Below, piece by piece: positions 27,812 through 38,044 of a stretch of DNA of 64,000 bases (position 1 is its first letter; the number at the start of each line of letters is the position of its first letter). The stretch covers positions 32,001 through 96,000 of the forward strand of contig JAXGNU010000006.1 in assembly GCA_040767805.1 (NCBI GenBank), given 5' to 3'. Origin of the DNA: Thermovirgaceae bacterium. GTDB taxonomy: Bacteria > Synergistota > Synergistia > Synergistales > Thermovirgaceae. Under the pieces are notes generated by a model. The model did not search any database and was not told the DNA's origin. It saw nothing but the letters and a program-made list of their open reading frames with translations. The translations under genes were made by a program, and so were the position numbers.

Positions 27812-28555
27812 TTGAGCAGATACCGATCGGTCTTCCTTTCTGACCTGCACCTGGGGACGAAGTGGAGCCGCCCCGAACCGCTCGGGCGGTTCCTCGGCAA
27901 GGTGCGGTGCGATTTCCTCTACCTGGTGGGGGACATCATCGACGGGTGGAAGGTATCGCGCCTCCGCCACCTGAGCGACGCCCACAGGGACATCCTGAGG
28001 AGGCTCGGCGCCCTGGCCCGCGAGTCGGAGGTGACCTTCATCACCGGGAACCACGACGAGTTCCTGGATCGCCTCCTGGGCCTGAGGAAGGCCAGGATGC
28101 TCTTCCGCGACAGGGCCTTTCACAGGACCGCCGACGGGAGGTGCTTCCTGGTCTCCCACGGCGACGAGTTCGACCGGGTGATCCGCGGCTTCAGGTTCCT
28201 GAACACCCTGGCGGGAAGGGCCTACGAACTGACACTCCAGCTGAATGCGGCGCTGCCCCTGGCCGGCAGGCACCGGCGCTCCATCGCGGGGCTGCTAAAG
28301 AGGAAGTTCAAAAACCTCGCCTGCGCCCTCAGCGGCTTCGAAGGGAGGGTCGTGGCCGAGGCGAAGGGGGCGGGGCTCGACGGCGTCATCTGCGGCCACC
28401 TCCACAACCCCTCCATCAGGAAGGTGAGGGACGTGCTCCTCTGCAACTGCGGCGACTGGGTCGAACACTGCTCCGCCCTGGTGGAACACCCCGACGGCCG
28501 CCTCGAGGTGCTGAGCCTCGACGATACGGGCGGCCTCAATCCAGGAAGGCCCTGA
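27812..28555 (+). CDS. UDP-2,3-diacylglucosamine diphosphatase-like metallophosphoesterase (LpxH family)
   Basis: SDLHLG, VGDIIDGW, GNHD, HGDEFD, CGHLH, NCGDWVE. Confidence 0.8.
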   Translation: MSRYRSVFLSDLHLGTKWSRPEPLGRFLGKVRCDFLYLVGDIIDGWKVSRLRHLSDAHRDILRRLGALARESEVTFITGNHDEFLDRLLGLRKARMLFRDRAFHRTADGRCFLVSHGDEFDRVIRGFRFLNTLAGRAYELTLQLNAALPLAGRHRRSIAGLLKRKFKNLACALSGFEGRVVAEAKGAGLDGVICGHLHNPSIRKVRDVLLCNCGDWVEHCSALVEHPDGRLEVLSLDDTGGLNPGRP

Positions 28556-29750
28556 AGAGGGACCCCAGGTCGACGCCCCCGATGACCGTATCCTTGTAGA
28601 CCTCGTATATCTCCCTTCGAGCCTTCTCCAGGGCGGGAGGGCGGACGCCGTTGCGGATGGAAAGGGCCGCCTCGACCATGGCGGCCAGCTTGTCGCAGGC
28701 CTCTACGAGGGAACCGTCGAAGGGGTCCCACTCGTCGGCGTTGTAGAGGGAATCCATCTCCGACGACCCGAGACCGGTACGGACCCTGCCGCCCGAAGGG
28801 TCCCTGACCTTGTTCGAGAACTCGTCCTCCGTCAGGTAGCGCACCTGTCGCCTCCAACCCTCCGGCAGGAGGGGGAGGAGCCCGGTCTCCATGGACTCCT
28901 TCTCGTACTCCTTCACCAGTTCCTCGATCCCCTCGACGGAGCGCTTGACCGGGGAGACGATGTCCCGGGTGAGGACTTCGGGCAAGTCATGGAAGAGCCC
29001 GCCGTAGAAGGCGTTGCGGAGCCTCATGGGCGAGGAGCCCCTCTCCAGGGCGGCGAAGTAGGAGAGGGAGGCCACCACGAACAGGTGTTCCAGCACAGTC
29101 GTGGCGGGCACCCTGGGGAGCTGCGCCCACCGGACCTGGAACCGGAGCTGCCCGCAGAGGTCGATGAAGGCGAAAAGGCCTTTTTCCGCCATCCCCCGCC
29201 GCGCCAGGATCTCCCTGACCCCCGCCAGGTCGATGTGCTCCCCCACCCGGCTCTCGATCTCCCTCCGGGTCTCCTCGATTCCCCAGAGGTCGCGATTGAA
29301 ACGGTAGATCATCCGGAACTCCCAGTCCGTGGCCAGGAAGTGGGCGGCCCGGAGGATGACCTTTTCTCTCACCGAGTAGAGGGGATCCTCGAGGTACTCC
29401 CTGAAGCGGTCCCAGAAGCCGCCCGCCAGGGGTTCGAAGGCGCCGGCCAGTTTTTCCAGGACGAGCCTGTTGAGCCTCGGCCCGTGCCTTTCCATCATCC
29501 TGTGGAAGACGGGGGGCTTTATGTCGGTCAGCACCACCCTCTGGAGGAACTCGAAAAGCCCGCCGTCAACCAGGCGGAGCCAGTCGGGGCCGTCCCCCCG
29601 GTCCTCCTCGCAGCGGGCGATGACCCAGGCGATGATCATCTTGTGGGCCTGCTTGGCCAACTCGGTGAACTGCCCGGGCCTGGCGTGGTCATTCCACCTC
29701 GTCATCGAGGCCGCCGAAAAAAGGGTCTCCACCACGGCGGGCGTTATCAT
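28536..29750 (-). CDS. HD-domain phosphohydrolase (YfbR-like, duplicated domain)
   Basis: VLEH...FHDLPE..TRDIVSPVK...CDKL in the C-terminal half; the N-terminal half repeats LTDIKPPV; start inferred. Confidence 0.75.
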   Translation of the reverse strand: MITPAVVETLFSAASMTRWNDHARPGQFTELAKQAHKMIIAWVIARCEEDRGDGPDWLRLVDGGLFEFLQRVVLTDIKPPVFHRMMERHGPRLNRLVLEKLAGAFEPLAGGFWDRFREYLEDPLYSVREKVILRAAHFLATDWEFRMIYRFNRDLWGIEETRREIESRVGEHIDLAGVREILARRGMAEKGLFAFIDLCGQLRFQVRWAQLPRVPATTVLEHLFVVASLSYFAALERGSSPMRLRNAFYGGLFHDLPEVLTRDIVSPVKRSVEGIEELVKEYEKESMETGLLPLLPEGWRRQVRYLTEDEFSNKVRDPSGGRVRTGLGSSEMDSLYNADEWDPFDGSLVEACDKLAAMVEAALSIRNGVRPPALEKARREIYEVYKDTVIGGVDLGSLFRAFLD

Positions 29751-29965
29751 GGCCGGATCCTCCCTTGGGGGCGCCGCTCGCCCCGTCAACTGGTTCCCTA
29801 ACATTATCATCCTGGGGGATGAGGAGGCAATGAAAAGGTCCGACGCCCCGAGGCTGCGAAAAAAGCGGGGTGTGCCCCTCGAGGGGGGATTACAAAGTCG
29901 CCCCCGGTAACGCCGGGGCCGGGATCCGCACCTATCGCCGAGCAAGGACCCCTGGGAAGCGGCAC

Positions 29966-30673
29966 CTAGCCCCCTAGGTAGGCTCTCCGGATCTCCGGGT
30001 CCCGGGCAAGGTCCGGGCCGGGCCCGCTCTTGACGAAAACCCCCGCCTCCAGGATGTACCCCCTGTCGCTTATCTCGAGAGCCTGGGTCGCGTTCTGTTC
30101 CACCATCAGCACCGTCACCCCCTCGTCCCTGATGCGGGCGATGGTCTCCATGACGGCCTCCACCAGGAGGGGCGCCAAACCCAGGGTGGGCTCGTCCAGC
30201 AGCAGTATTTCGGGCCCGCTCATGAGGGCGCGGGAGATGGCCAGCATCTGCTGCTCACCCCCGGAGAGGGTGCCCGAGCGCTGGGAGAGCCTCTCCCGCA
30301 GGATGGGGAAGAGTTCAAAGCACCTTTCCATCTCCGCCTCGATCTCATCGCCGCCGGCCCTCCGGTAAGCGCCCATGAGGAGGTTCTCCCGGACGGTGAG
30401 GGCCGAGAAGAGCCGCCTCCTCTCCGGGACCAGGGCGAGGCCCAGGGCCACCACCTCGTGGGGCTTCCTCGGCATGGGGCTCCCCTTGATGGCGACCCGG
30501 CCGCCGGAGGGGGGGACGACCCCCGCCAGGGTCCACATGATAGTGGACTTGCCGGCCCCGTTGGAGCCCACGATGGACACGATCTCCCCCTCCTCCACCG
30601 GGAAGGAGACCCCCTGGACGGCGTGGATCGTCCCGTAGTGGACGTGGAGGTCCTCGACGAGCAGCGCCTTCAT
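29966..30673 (-). CDS. livF: Branched-chain amino acid ABC transporter ATPase
   Basis: GSNGAGKS, LSGGEQQML, LLDEPTLGLAP, VEQN. Confidence 0.88.
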   Translation of the reverse strand: MKALLVEDLHVHYGTIHAVQGVSFPVEEGEIVSIVGSNGAGKSTIMWTLAGVVPPSGGRVAIKGSPMPRKPHEVVALGLALVPERRRLFSALTVRENLLMGAYRRAGGDEIEAEMERCFELFPILRERLSQRSGTLSGGEQQMLAISRALMSGPEILLLDEPTLGLAPLLVEAVMETIARIRDEGVTVLMVEQNATQALEISDRGYILEAGVFVKSGPGPDLARDPEIRRAYLGG

Positions 30674-31458
30674 CGCCGGCCCCTCCCCTTCCCGAGGTAG
30701 GCCGCCACCACGGCGGGGTCGGCCCTCACCTCATCGGGCGTCCCCCTGGCGAGAAGGGCGCCGAAGTTCATGACTACGATGGGGGAGCAGATGTTCATCA
30801 CCAGGTCCATGTGGTGCTCGATGAGGAGGATCGTCACCTGGAACCGCTCCCGGACCTCGGCGATGAGGTCGGCCAGGCCCCGGGTCTCCTCGGGGTTCAT
30901 CCCCGCCGCCGGCTCGTCCAGGAGGAGGAGGGAGGGCTCCGTCGCCAGGGCCCTGGCGATCTCCAGCTTCCTCTGGAACCCGTAGGGGAGGTTGTCGGCC
31001 TGGGTCGAGGCGAACCTCTCAAGCCCCAGCACCTCGAGGAGCCCCAGGGCCCTTTCGCGGAGTTCCCTCTCCAGGCGCCGCGTCGACGGCGTCCCCAGGA
31101 GGGAGCCCAGGAAGCTGCACCGCTCCCTCTGGAAGAGGGGCGTCAGGACGTTGTCCAGGCAGCTCCTCCTGTTGAAGAGGCGGATATTCTGGAAGGTCCT
31201 GGCTATCCCCCTTCGGACCACCCTGTCGGGCCTCAGCCCCGTGATGCTCTCGCCCCTGAAGAGCACCGAGCCAGCCGTGGGCCGGTAGAGGCCGGTGACG
31301 ATGTTGAACACCGTGGTCTTGCCTGCCCCGTTGGGCCCGATGATGCCGGTGATGCTCCCCTCGGCGACGTCGAAGGAGAGGGAATCCACGGCCCTTATGC
31401 CGTCGAAGTGCTTCGTGAGGCCCCGGACCGAGAAGAGGGGCGCCGCGGGGGCGTTCAC
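30670..31458 (-). CDS. livG: Branched-chain amino acid ABC transporter ATPase
   Basis: GPNGAGKTT, ARTFQNIRLF, LPYG.QR.LEIARA, LDEPAAGMN, IEHHM; GTG start overlaps the livM stop. Confidence 0.88.
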   Translation of the reverse strand: MNAPAAPLFSVRGLTKHFDGIRAVDSLSFDVAEGSITGIIGPNGAGKTTVFNIVTGLYRPTAGSVLFRGESITGLRPDRVVRRGIARTFQNIRLFNRRSCLDNVLTPLFQRERCSFLGSLLGTPSTRRLERELRERALGLLEVLGLERFASTQADNLPYGFQRKLEIARALATEPSLLLLDEPAAGMNPEETRGLADLIAEVRERFQVTILLIEHHMDLVMNICSPIVVMNFGALLARGTPDEVRADPAVVAAYLGKGRGRR

Positions 31459-32318
31459 GGCCGCCTCCCCGCCGCCGGGCCCGTCTCCTTGCCCCAGAGC
31501 GACGATAATTCCCGGTAGCCCATGAGGCCCTGGGGCCGGTAGACCATGATCACCACCAGGAGCAGCCCGTAGGCCACGAGGCGCCACATCTGGGCCACCC
31601 TGAGGGCCTCGGGGAGGGCGATGAAGACGAAGGAGGCTATCAGCGGTCCGGTGATGCTCCCCATCCCGCCGGCGATCACCGCCGCCAGCAGCTGGGTGGA
31701 CTGGGTGAGGGTGAACATCACCGGCTGGATGAAGGAGAGGAAGTGGGCCAGGAGTCCGCCGGAGAGGCCGCAGTAGACCGCGCTGACCACCAGGGAGAGC
31801 AGGCGGGTCCGGAAGAGCCGCACTCCGGACAACTCGGCCGCCACGGGGTCCTCCCGGACCGCCACGCAGGCCACGCCCCACCGGGAGCGCAGGAAGTTCC
31901 GCGCTACGACCACGCCGCCGGCCAGGCAGAGGAGCACCACCGGGAGGGTGGTGTAATTGTCGATACCCGGGAGCCCCCGGGCGCCGTTGGTGATTTCCAG
32001 GTTCTCCAGGATGACCCTCAGGGCCTCGCCGAAGCCGAGGATGGCTATGGCGAAGTAGTCGCTCCTCAGCTTCGCCCGCAGGGTGGGCACCCCGATGACG
32101 AGACTCACGGCGCCCGCCGCCGCCGCCCCCGCCGCCAGGGCCAGCGGGAAGGGCACGGGGTAGTAGTAGGTCAGGACGGCCGAGGTGTAGGCGCCGACGC
32201 CGACGAAGGCGGCGTGTCCGAAGGAGAACAGCCCCGTGAAGCCCGTGAATATGGAGAGGCCCAGCACGGCTATCATGTTTATGCAAGCCAGCGCCACGAT
32301 GGAAAGGATGTAGTCCAC
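31455..32318 (-). CDS. livM: Branched-chain amino acid ABC permease
   Basis: G.FSFGHAAFVGVGAY, DYFAI..LGFGE, RPQGLMG; GTG start inferred. Confidence 0.85.
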   Translation of the reverse strand: MDYILSIVALACINMIAVLGLSIFTGFTGLFSFGHAAFVGVGAYTSAVLTYYYPVPFPLALAAGAAAAGAVSLVIGVPTLRAKLRSDYFAIAILGFGEALRVILENLEITNGARGLPGIDNYTTLPVVLLCLAGGVVVARNFLRSRWGVACVAVREDPVAAELSGVRLFRTRLLSLVVSAVYCGLSGGLLAHFLSFIQPVMFTLTQSTQLLAAVIAGGMGSITGPLIASFVFIALPEALRVAQMWRLVAYGLLLVVIMVYRPQGLMGYRELSSLWGKETGPAAGRRP

Positions 32319-32320
32319 GG

Positions 32321-33193
32321 CTAGACCTTGTCCTCGCTGTCGATGCCCATGAGGCCGTTGGGCCTCCAGACCAGGAAGGCGATGAGCAGGGTGAAGCTGA
32401 AGACGTCCCTGAGGACGCTCGACACGTAGGTGGAGACGAAGGTCTCCACCATCCCCAGGATGAGCCCGCCGGCCAGCGCCCCCGGGAGGCTCCCCAGCCC
32501 CCCGATGACGGCGGCTATGTAGGCCTTGTTGGTCACCCAGCCCATGGTGGGATAGACCAGGTACTTCACCCCCAGGAAGACGCCCGCCACCCCGGCGAAG
32601 CCCCCGGCGAGGAGGAAGACGACGGCGATGAGCCTGTTGAGGTCCACCCCCATGAGGGAGCACATGGTCATGTCGCAGACGCCGGCGCGGATGGCGATGC
32701 CCGTCCGGGTCCGCCTGATGAAGAGGTGCAGCCCGAGGATGGCCAGCAGCGCGAAGAGGAAGGCGCCGCCGTCGAGAAGGCTGACGCTGCTCCCCCAGAG
32801 GTTCACCACCTGCCTCCCGAAGAACTCCGGGAAGGCGTAAAAGCGGGAGCCTATGGTGGCGTAGACCAGGTTCTCCAGGAAGACGGCGCACCCCATGGCG
32901 CTGATCATCAGGTAGAGGGAGGGGGCCTTGCGCCCCCTCAGGCTCGAGTAGGCCAGTTTCTCGTTCAGGACGGCTATGATGCCGGCCCCGGCCACGCTAC
33001 CGGCCAGGACGAGGCCGAAGCCCAGGTTGAGCTTCGTGGCCAGGGCCAGCCCCACGTAGGCGCCGAGCATGATGACCGCGCCGTGGGCGAAGTTGCTGAA
33101 GTTCAGCACGCTGAAGACCAGCGAATAGCCCACGGCCATCAGGGCGTAGATGCCGCCGATGGAAAGACCCGTTATTACCGTCTGGAGGAACAC
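32321..33193 (-). CDS. livH: Branched-chain amino acid ABC permease
   Basis: GGIYALMAVGYSLV, NFAHG, GGLGSLPGA, RPNGL. Confidence 0.88.
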   Translation of the reverse strand: MFLQTVITGLSIGGIYALMAVGYSLVFSVLNFSNFAHGAVIMLGAYVGLALATKLNLGFGLVLAGSVAGAGIIAVLNEKLAYSSLRGRKAPSLYLMISAMGCAVFLENLVYATIGSRFYAFPEFFGRQVVNLWGSSVSLLDGGAFLFALLAILGLHLFIRRTRTGIAIRAGVCDMTMCSLMGVDLNRLIAVVFLLAGGFAGVAGVFLGVKYLVYPTMGWVTNKAYIAAVIGGLGSLPGALAGGLILGMVETFVSTYVSSVLRDVFSFTLLIAFLVWRPNGLMGIDSEDKV

Positions 33194-33220
33194 TCGCTCT
33201 TCACGCCGCCCTTTTCCCGG

Positions 33221-34375
33221 TTAGTCCACGGAGACGTACTTCTTGACGAACTTGAAGGTCCTGCCGGCCACGTCCACCTGCTGGATCACGGCGGGCTTGT
33301 CCAGCGGGTCGTGGTCCTCGGGGCTGATCGTCAGGACCCCGCTGGTCACCTTTATATCCTTGAGGTTCGCCAAGGCCTCGGCGACCTTCGCGCCGTCGGT
33401 GCTCTCCGCCGCCTTCATGGCCTCGACGATCATGATCAGGGCGTCCTGGGCCATGACAGGGTTGGGGAGTACGGGGTCTTCACCGAAGGCGGCCCGGTAT
33501 TCGGCGACGAAGTCCTGGATGTCGGGGTCGGCGAGGTCCGTCAGGTTGACAAAGTAGCCGCCGTCTATGGCGCTGCCGCCGAGGTCGATGAGGTCGGGGC
33601 TGCCCCAGTTGTCGGTGCCGAGGAGCGTGGCCTTTATGCCGATGTCCCTGGCTTGCTTGGCGGCCATGGCGGCCTCCTTCTGGCTCGTGGGGATGAAGAT
33701 GACGTCGGGGGCCAGTTCCTTGATCTTCCCGAGCTGGGCCCGGTAGTCGAGCTCTTCCGTGCGGAAGGCCTCCTTGGCCACGATGGTGCCGCCCTTAGCG
33801 GCGAAGGCCTCCTCGAAGTACTTCGCGAGCCACTGGCCGTAGTCGGAGCCCACGTCGTAGAGGATGGCCCCCTTCCTGGCCCCCAGGTCGGTGATGGCGA
33901 ACCGCGCCGCCACGGTGCCCTGGAAGGGATCGATGAAGCAGGGGCGGAAGGCGAAGGGCCTGACCTTGCCGGTCTTCTGGTCGATCGTCACGTAGGGGTT
34001 GGTGGCCGTGGTGACCACCATGGGTATGCCGGCCTTCTCGAGCACCGGGGCGGTGGCGATGGAGTTGCCGCTCTGGGCGGGGCCGATGACGGCCGCGACG
34101 CCGTCGGTGACGAGCCTCCTGGCGACGTTGACCGACTCCACGGCGTCGTTGCGGTTATCGTAGCGGACGAACTCGATCCTCTTCCCGAGGACCCCGCCGG
34201 CCTCGTTGATCTTCCCGGCCAGCATATCGAGGGCCCTGGCCTCGGACTGCCCCCACATGGAGGCGCCCCCCGTCAGGGAGACGGTGTGCCCTATCCTGAT
34301 GACGTCGGCCGCCGGGGCTGTTCCTGCGAGGGCGACCAGGATAAGCGCTGCCAACAGTGCTGCGGTCCTTCTCAT
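33221..34375 (-). CDS. LIV-family ABC substrate-binding protein
   Basis: Signal peptide, INEAGGVLGK, FRPCFIDPFQG; first gene of the liv operon. Confidence 0.88.
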   Translation of the reverse strand: MRRTAALLAALILVALAGTAPAADVIRIGHTVSLTGGASMWGQSEARALDMLAGKINEAGGVLGKRIEFVRYDNRNDAVESVNVARRLVTDGVAAVIGPAQSGNSIATAPVLEKAGIPMVVTTATNPYVTIDQKTGKVRPFAFRPCFIDPFQGTVAARFAITDLGARKGAILYDVGSDYGQWLAKYFEEAFAAKGGTIVAKEAFRTEELDYRAQLGKIKELAPDVIFIPTSQKEAAMAAKQARDIGIKATLLGTDNWGSPDLIDLGGSAIDGGYFVNLTDLADPDIQDFVAEYRAAFGEDPVLPNPVMAQDALIMIVEAMKAAESTDGAKVAEALANLKDIKVTSGVLTISPEDHDPLDKPAVIQQVDVAGRTFKFVKKYVSVD

Positions 34376-34432
34376 CTCTTACCCCTCCTTGGGTTTTGAC
34401 CCGGTATCCCCCGGCGATAGCCTGACCGGGGG

Positions 34433-35206
34433 TCATTTCGGACGGTTCGTGACTTTTCGGCTCCCCAGGCCCGCGGGAAGGTCCCTTACGTGGTCCTTCC
34501 AGTAGGTGCTCACGTCCCTGATGACGTTGTCGATGTGCCTTGTCATGGCGGCCTCGGCGGCCAAGGGGTCGCCGGCGGCGATCGCCTCGTAGACCGCCTC
34601 GTGGTCCGCCCCTACCCTGCTTCCCACCTTTGTCCTGATGTACTCGAAGAAGGAGGCCCCCTCGCCACTCTTGCGGATTATCCCTATGGCCGACTGGAGG
34701 ACCTTGTTGCCCGAGATCCGGGCCACCTCTTCGTGGAACTCGCCGTCGGTGGAGGCCATGGGCTCCCCCCTGGCCAGTAGGGCGTTCTGCCTGTCCAGGA
34801 TGTCCCTCAGGGCCGCCACGTCCCCAGCGGTCCGAAGCCTCGCCGCCAGGGCCGCCATCTCCCGCTCGATGGCCCTCCTGGCCACGAGTATCTCCAGGAG
34901 CATCTCCCTCTCGCGGGACTTCACGGCTTCGAGGAAGGCCCCGGTGGAGACGATCTGTTCCCTCTCGGACTGGAGAAGCGAGAGCCGTTCCTCCCCGGCG
35001 GCGGTGAGGAGACGGCCCTGGAAACCGACCCTGGTGGTGAAGCCCCTGCCGTCAAGGCCGCGGAGCAGGCGCCCCACGGAGGCCTCGCTGAGGTCCATAC
35101 CGTTCTTAGCCAGTTCCTCCCGGATGGAGCCCGCCCCGAGGGGTTCCGCCGAAACCGAGAGAAGGTGAAGAACGAAGTACTCCTGCTCTGCGAATTCCTG
35201 TGCCAT
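34433..35206 (-). CDS. Transcriptional regulator, winged helix plus FCD (FadR C-terminal) domain
   Basis: N-terminal HTH (LSEASVGRLL..LD..GFT); C-terminal RRAIE...D.EFH...SGN...H...M.RHI. Confidence 0.8.
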   Translation of the reverse strand: MAQEFAEQEYFVLHLLSVSAEPLGAGSIREELAKNGMDLSEASVGRLLRGLDGRGFTTRVGFQGRLLTAAGEERLSLLQSEREQIVSTGAFLEAVKSREREMLLEILVARRAIEREMAALAARLRTAGDVAALRDILDRQNALLARGEPMASTDGEFHEEVARISGNKVLQSAIGIIRKSGEGASFFEYIRTKVGSRVGADHEAVYEAIAAGDPLAAEAAMTRHIDNVIRDVSTYWKDHVRDLPAGLGSRKVTNRPK

Positions 35207-35482
35207 GGACCCTCCCGGAATGTACCGCTCATCATTGATGACCGGCGACACTCACACCAGTTTATCGCCAGATCCCGTTTTGTCAAAGGCTTTCTTAGTC
35301 GGATCCTGGGTTCATTCCTTTCCTTCAGAGGTGAGAAATAAGGGTAAGTTACGCCCGATACCGGGCGGCCTAGTGAAGGCCGCCCCGGTGAAGAGGTAAA
35401 GACCAAAATGAAAAAAGGCCTTCGCAACCCCCTTCGTCGTGACAAGGGGGGCAAAGGCCCACGGAGCACGGAAGTTTACGGC

Positions 35483-37192
35483 CTAGCGCTCCCAGTAATG
35501 ACAGCCCAAGCCCTCTTCCCTGGAACGGGCCCCCCATTCCGGCACGGGGGGGACGCACTCGTCCTCGGGGGGTACCACCAGTTCCAGCAGGGCCGGCCCC
35601 TTCCCTCCGAAGAAACCGGCGAGGGCCGAGGCCAGTTCTTCCCCCGTCGAAGCCCGGAAAAATTTGAGCCCGTAACTCCCGGCGAGGGCCCCGTAGTCGA
35701 CCGCCCCCAGGTCGGTGGCGAAGTGGGGCTTGCCGTAACTGAAATAGTTCGTCGCCCTTATCCAGCCGAAACTGCCGTTGTTGAAGAGGACGATCTTGAG
35801 GTTCCTCCCCAGCCTGGCGGCGGTCTCCAGCTCCCCGGAGGTGAAGCCGAAGCTGCCGTCGCCTATGAAGTTAAGGACCGTCGTGCCGGGGCTCACGGCG
35901 TAGGTCGCCCCGATGGCGGCGCCGAGACCCCACCCCAGCGCCCCCATGGCGTAGTTGGTGGCGAAGTAGCGCCCTGCCTTGGGGACCCTCCAGAAGGCGG
36001 CGGGGTAGACGGCGCTCATCCCGGGGTCAGCGACCACCACGGAACCTTCGGGCATGGCGCCGGTCACCATCATGGTGGCCGATCGGGGGTCGAGGCAACC
36101 CCCCTCGGCCATGGGCTCCCCCTCGGCGGGGCGGCCCCGGAGCGGGGCCCCGCTCCCCTTCACCGGCAGTGCCAGGTCATCGGCGGCCTCGAGGATGGCC
36201 ACCAGGGTGGCCTTCACATCCCCGTGAAGCAGGAGGCCGTCGCCGAAGGAGTTGCCCAAGTCGCCCTCGGATATGTTCAGGTGGATGAAGCGGACCCGCC
36301 CGGGCTCCCGGGGGAGTTTCCACCCGTCGGTGGCCACCGAGTCGGTGCTGCAGCCCACGTAGAAGACCAGCCCCGCCCCATCGAGGAAGGAGTTCGAGAA
36401 GTCCGTGCTCCCCCTGGAACCGATCACGCCCACCGAAAGGGGGTGGAGTTCGCCGATGCTCCCCTTCCCGTTGATCGTCGTGGCCGTGGCGAGGCCGAAC
36501 CTCTCGGCGACGCGCTCGACCTCCTCCCAGGCCCTCGATGTGAGGACGCCCTGGCCGCAGACCATGACTCCCTTCTCACAGGCCGCAAGCCGGCGGGCGG
36601 CCTCGGCGACCTCCTCCCAGCAGGGCAGGGGCCGCGTCCCCGGGCACAGCCCGAAACGCTCCTGGGCAGGCGGCAGCGGCTGCCCGACCTCCTGGGCCAG
36701 CACGTCCTGGGGGAGCCTCAGGTGCACCGGGCCGGGGCATCCCGAGACGGCCACGCGGAAAGCCCTGCGGACCAGGAAGGGCACGTCGTCGCCGCGGTGG
36801 GCCGTGAGGCTCTCCTTCGCGAAGGGGGTGAAGAGCGACCCCTGCTCAAAGCCGGTGAGGGCGTTGCGCTTCTCCACCCCCAGGGGGATGTCCGTCGTCA
36901 GGACCACCAAGGGAATCGAGGACCGGCGGGCCTCGACGACGCCGGGCACCATGTGGGCCGCCCCGACACTCGGCCCCTCGCAGACGCCGGGGCGTCCGCT
37001 GACGCGGGCGTACCCGTCGGCCATGTACACCGCGTGGCGCTCGTCGCGGGCCATGACGTGGGTGACCTTTTCGAACCTCTTCCACTCGTCGTAAAGGCCC
37101 AGGGTCGTCTCGCCGGGGAGGCCGAAGACGTACTCCACCCCGTAGCGGTGGAGCATCTCCAGAAGTGCGCGGGCAGCGTTCATCGAATACAC
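35483..37192 (-). CDS. Thiamine-diphosphate-binding enzyme (acetolactate synthase-like family)
   Basis: GVEYVFGLPGE, RDE..A..MADGYAR, GPVHL..PQD, GDGSFG...NN motif. Confidence 0.88.
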   Translation of the reverse strand: MYSMNAARALLEMLHRYGVEYVFGLPGETTLGLYDEWKRFEKVTHVMARDERHAVYMADGYARVSGRPGVCEGPSVGAAHMVPGVVEARRSSIPLVVLTTDIPLGVEKRNALTGFEQGSLFTPFAKESLTAHRGDDVPFLVRRAFRVAVSGCPGPVHLRLPQDVLAQEVGQPLPPAQERFGLCPGTRPLPCWEEVAEAARRLAACEKGVMVCGQGVLTSRAWEEVERVAERFGLATATTINGKGSIGELHPLSVGVIGSRGSTDFSNSFLDGAGLVFYVGCSTDSVATDGWKLPREPGRVRFIHLNISEGDLGNSFGDGLLLHGDVKATLVAILEAADDLALPVKGSGAPLRGRPAEGEPMAEGGCLDPRSATMMVTGAMPEGSVVVADPGMSAVYPAAFWRVPKAGRYFATNYAMGALGWGLGAAIGATYAVSPGTTVLNFIGDGSFGFTSGELETAARLGRNLKIVLFNNGSFGWIRATNYFSYGKPHFATDLGAVDYGALAGSYGLKFFRASTGEELASALAGFFGGKGPALLELVVPPEDECVPPVPEWGARSREEGLGCHYWER

Positions 37193-37270
37193 CCTCTCCT
37201 TGGTTTCCTACTCCCCCTCCCCCGGCGGCTCCCGCGGGGAGGGGGGTGCGAAAAGCCGGGACCGGCGCTC

Positions 37271-37879
37271 TTAAAAGAGGCTCTTTCCCCACTGGTCGGA
37301 GAAGACCGTCTCCTCCAGTTCCTTCCTCACCCTGGGAGCCATCTCCTCTTCCCTGTCATCGGGAGGGAGCGTATCGGGGTCCCCCTCCTTGCCTATCACG
37401 AAGGCCGCCATGGGCCTGAAGCCCTCGGGCACCCCGAAGGCCGCCCGGACCCTGTCGCGGCTGAACCCCGCCATGACATGGACCGACCAGCCCATGGACT
37501 CGGCCTGGATTATCAGCTGGGCCATGGCGAGGCCGCAGTCGAGGCCGGACCAAGGGTTGGGTTTCTCGTTGTACTCGAAGGCCTCCCTCATGACCTGGAA
37601 GGCCAGCAGCGGGGTGTTGCGGACCCAGGCCGCGTTCGCCTCGGTCAGGCACCCCAGCGCCCTGGAAAAGGCCTCGGGGTCGTCCCTGGTGGTCACCAGG
37701 TACCTCCAGGGCTGGTTGTTGTAGCACGAAGGGGCCCACCGGGCGGCCTCGAACATCGATATCAGTTCGTCCTCGGTAGGGACCTCCAGTTTGAAGGCTT
37801 TGGGGCTCCATCGCTTGGCCAGGAGTTCCATTATGGGTCTACGCGTCTTGGCGGGCTCCCTGGACGTGTGCAAAGTCAT
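37271..37879 (-). CDS. Nitroreductase family protein
   Basis: RWSPKAF, EAARWAPSCYNNQPW, HVMAGF; GAGGAGG RBS. Confidence 0.88.
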   Translation of the reverse strand: MTLHTSREPAKTRRPIMELLAKRWSPKAFKLEVPTEDELISMFEAARWAPSCYNNQPWRYLVTTRDDPEAFSRALGCLTEANAAWVRNTPLLAFQVMREAFEYNEKPNPWSGLDCGLAMAQLIIQAESMGWSVHVMAGFSRDRVRAAFGVPEGFRPMAAFVIGKEGDPDTLPPDDREEEMAPRVRKELEETVFSDQWGKSLF

Positions 37880-38044
37880 CACTCTTGTCCTCCTCTCAAG
37901 GTGCCGGTGAAATGATTTCCGTGCCGGGCGACCGGGATGATACCTGCCCATTTTAGCAAAAGGGGGGACCCGGGAGCCCACCCATTTCCCTGGGTTATAA
38001 TGACCCTTGCAAGGGAGGATATCCCCAAAAGCAGGAGTGAGGTC

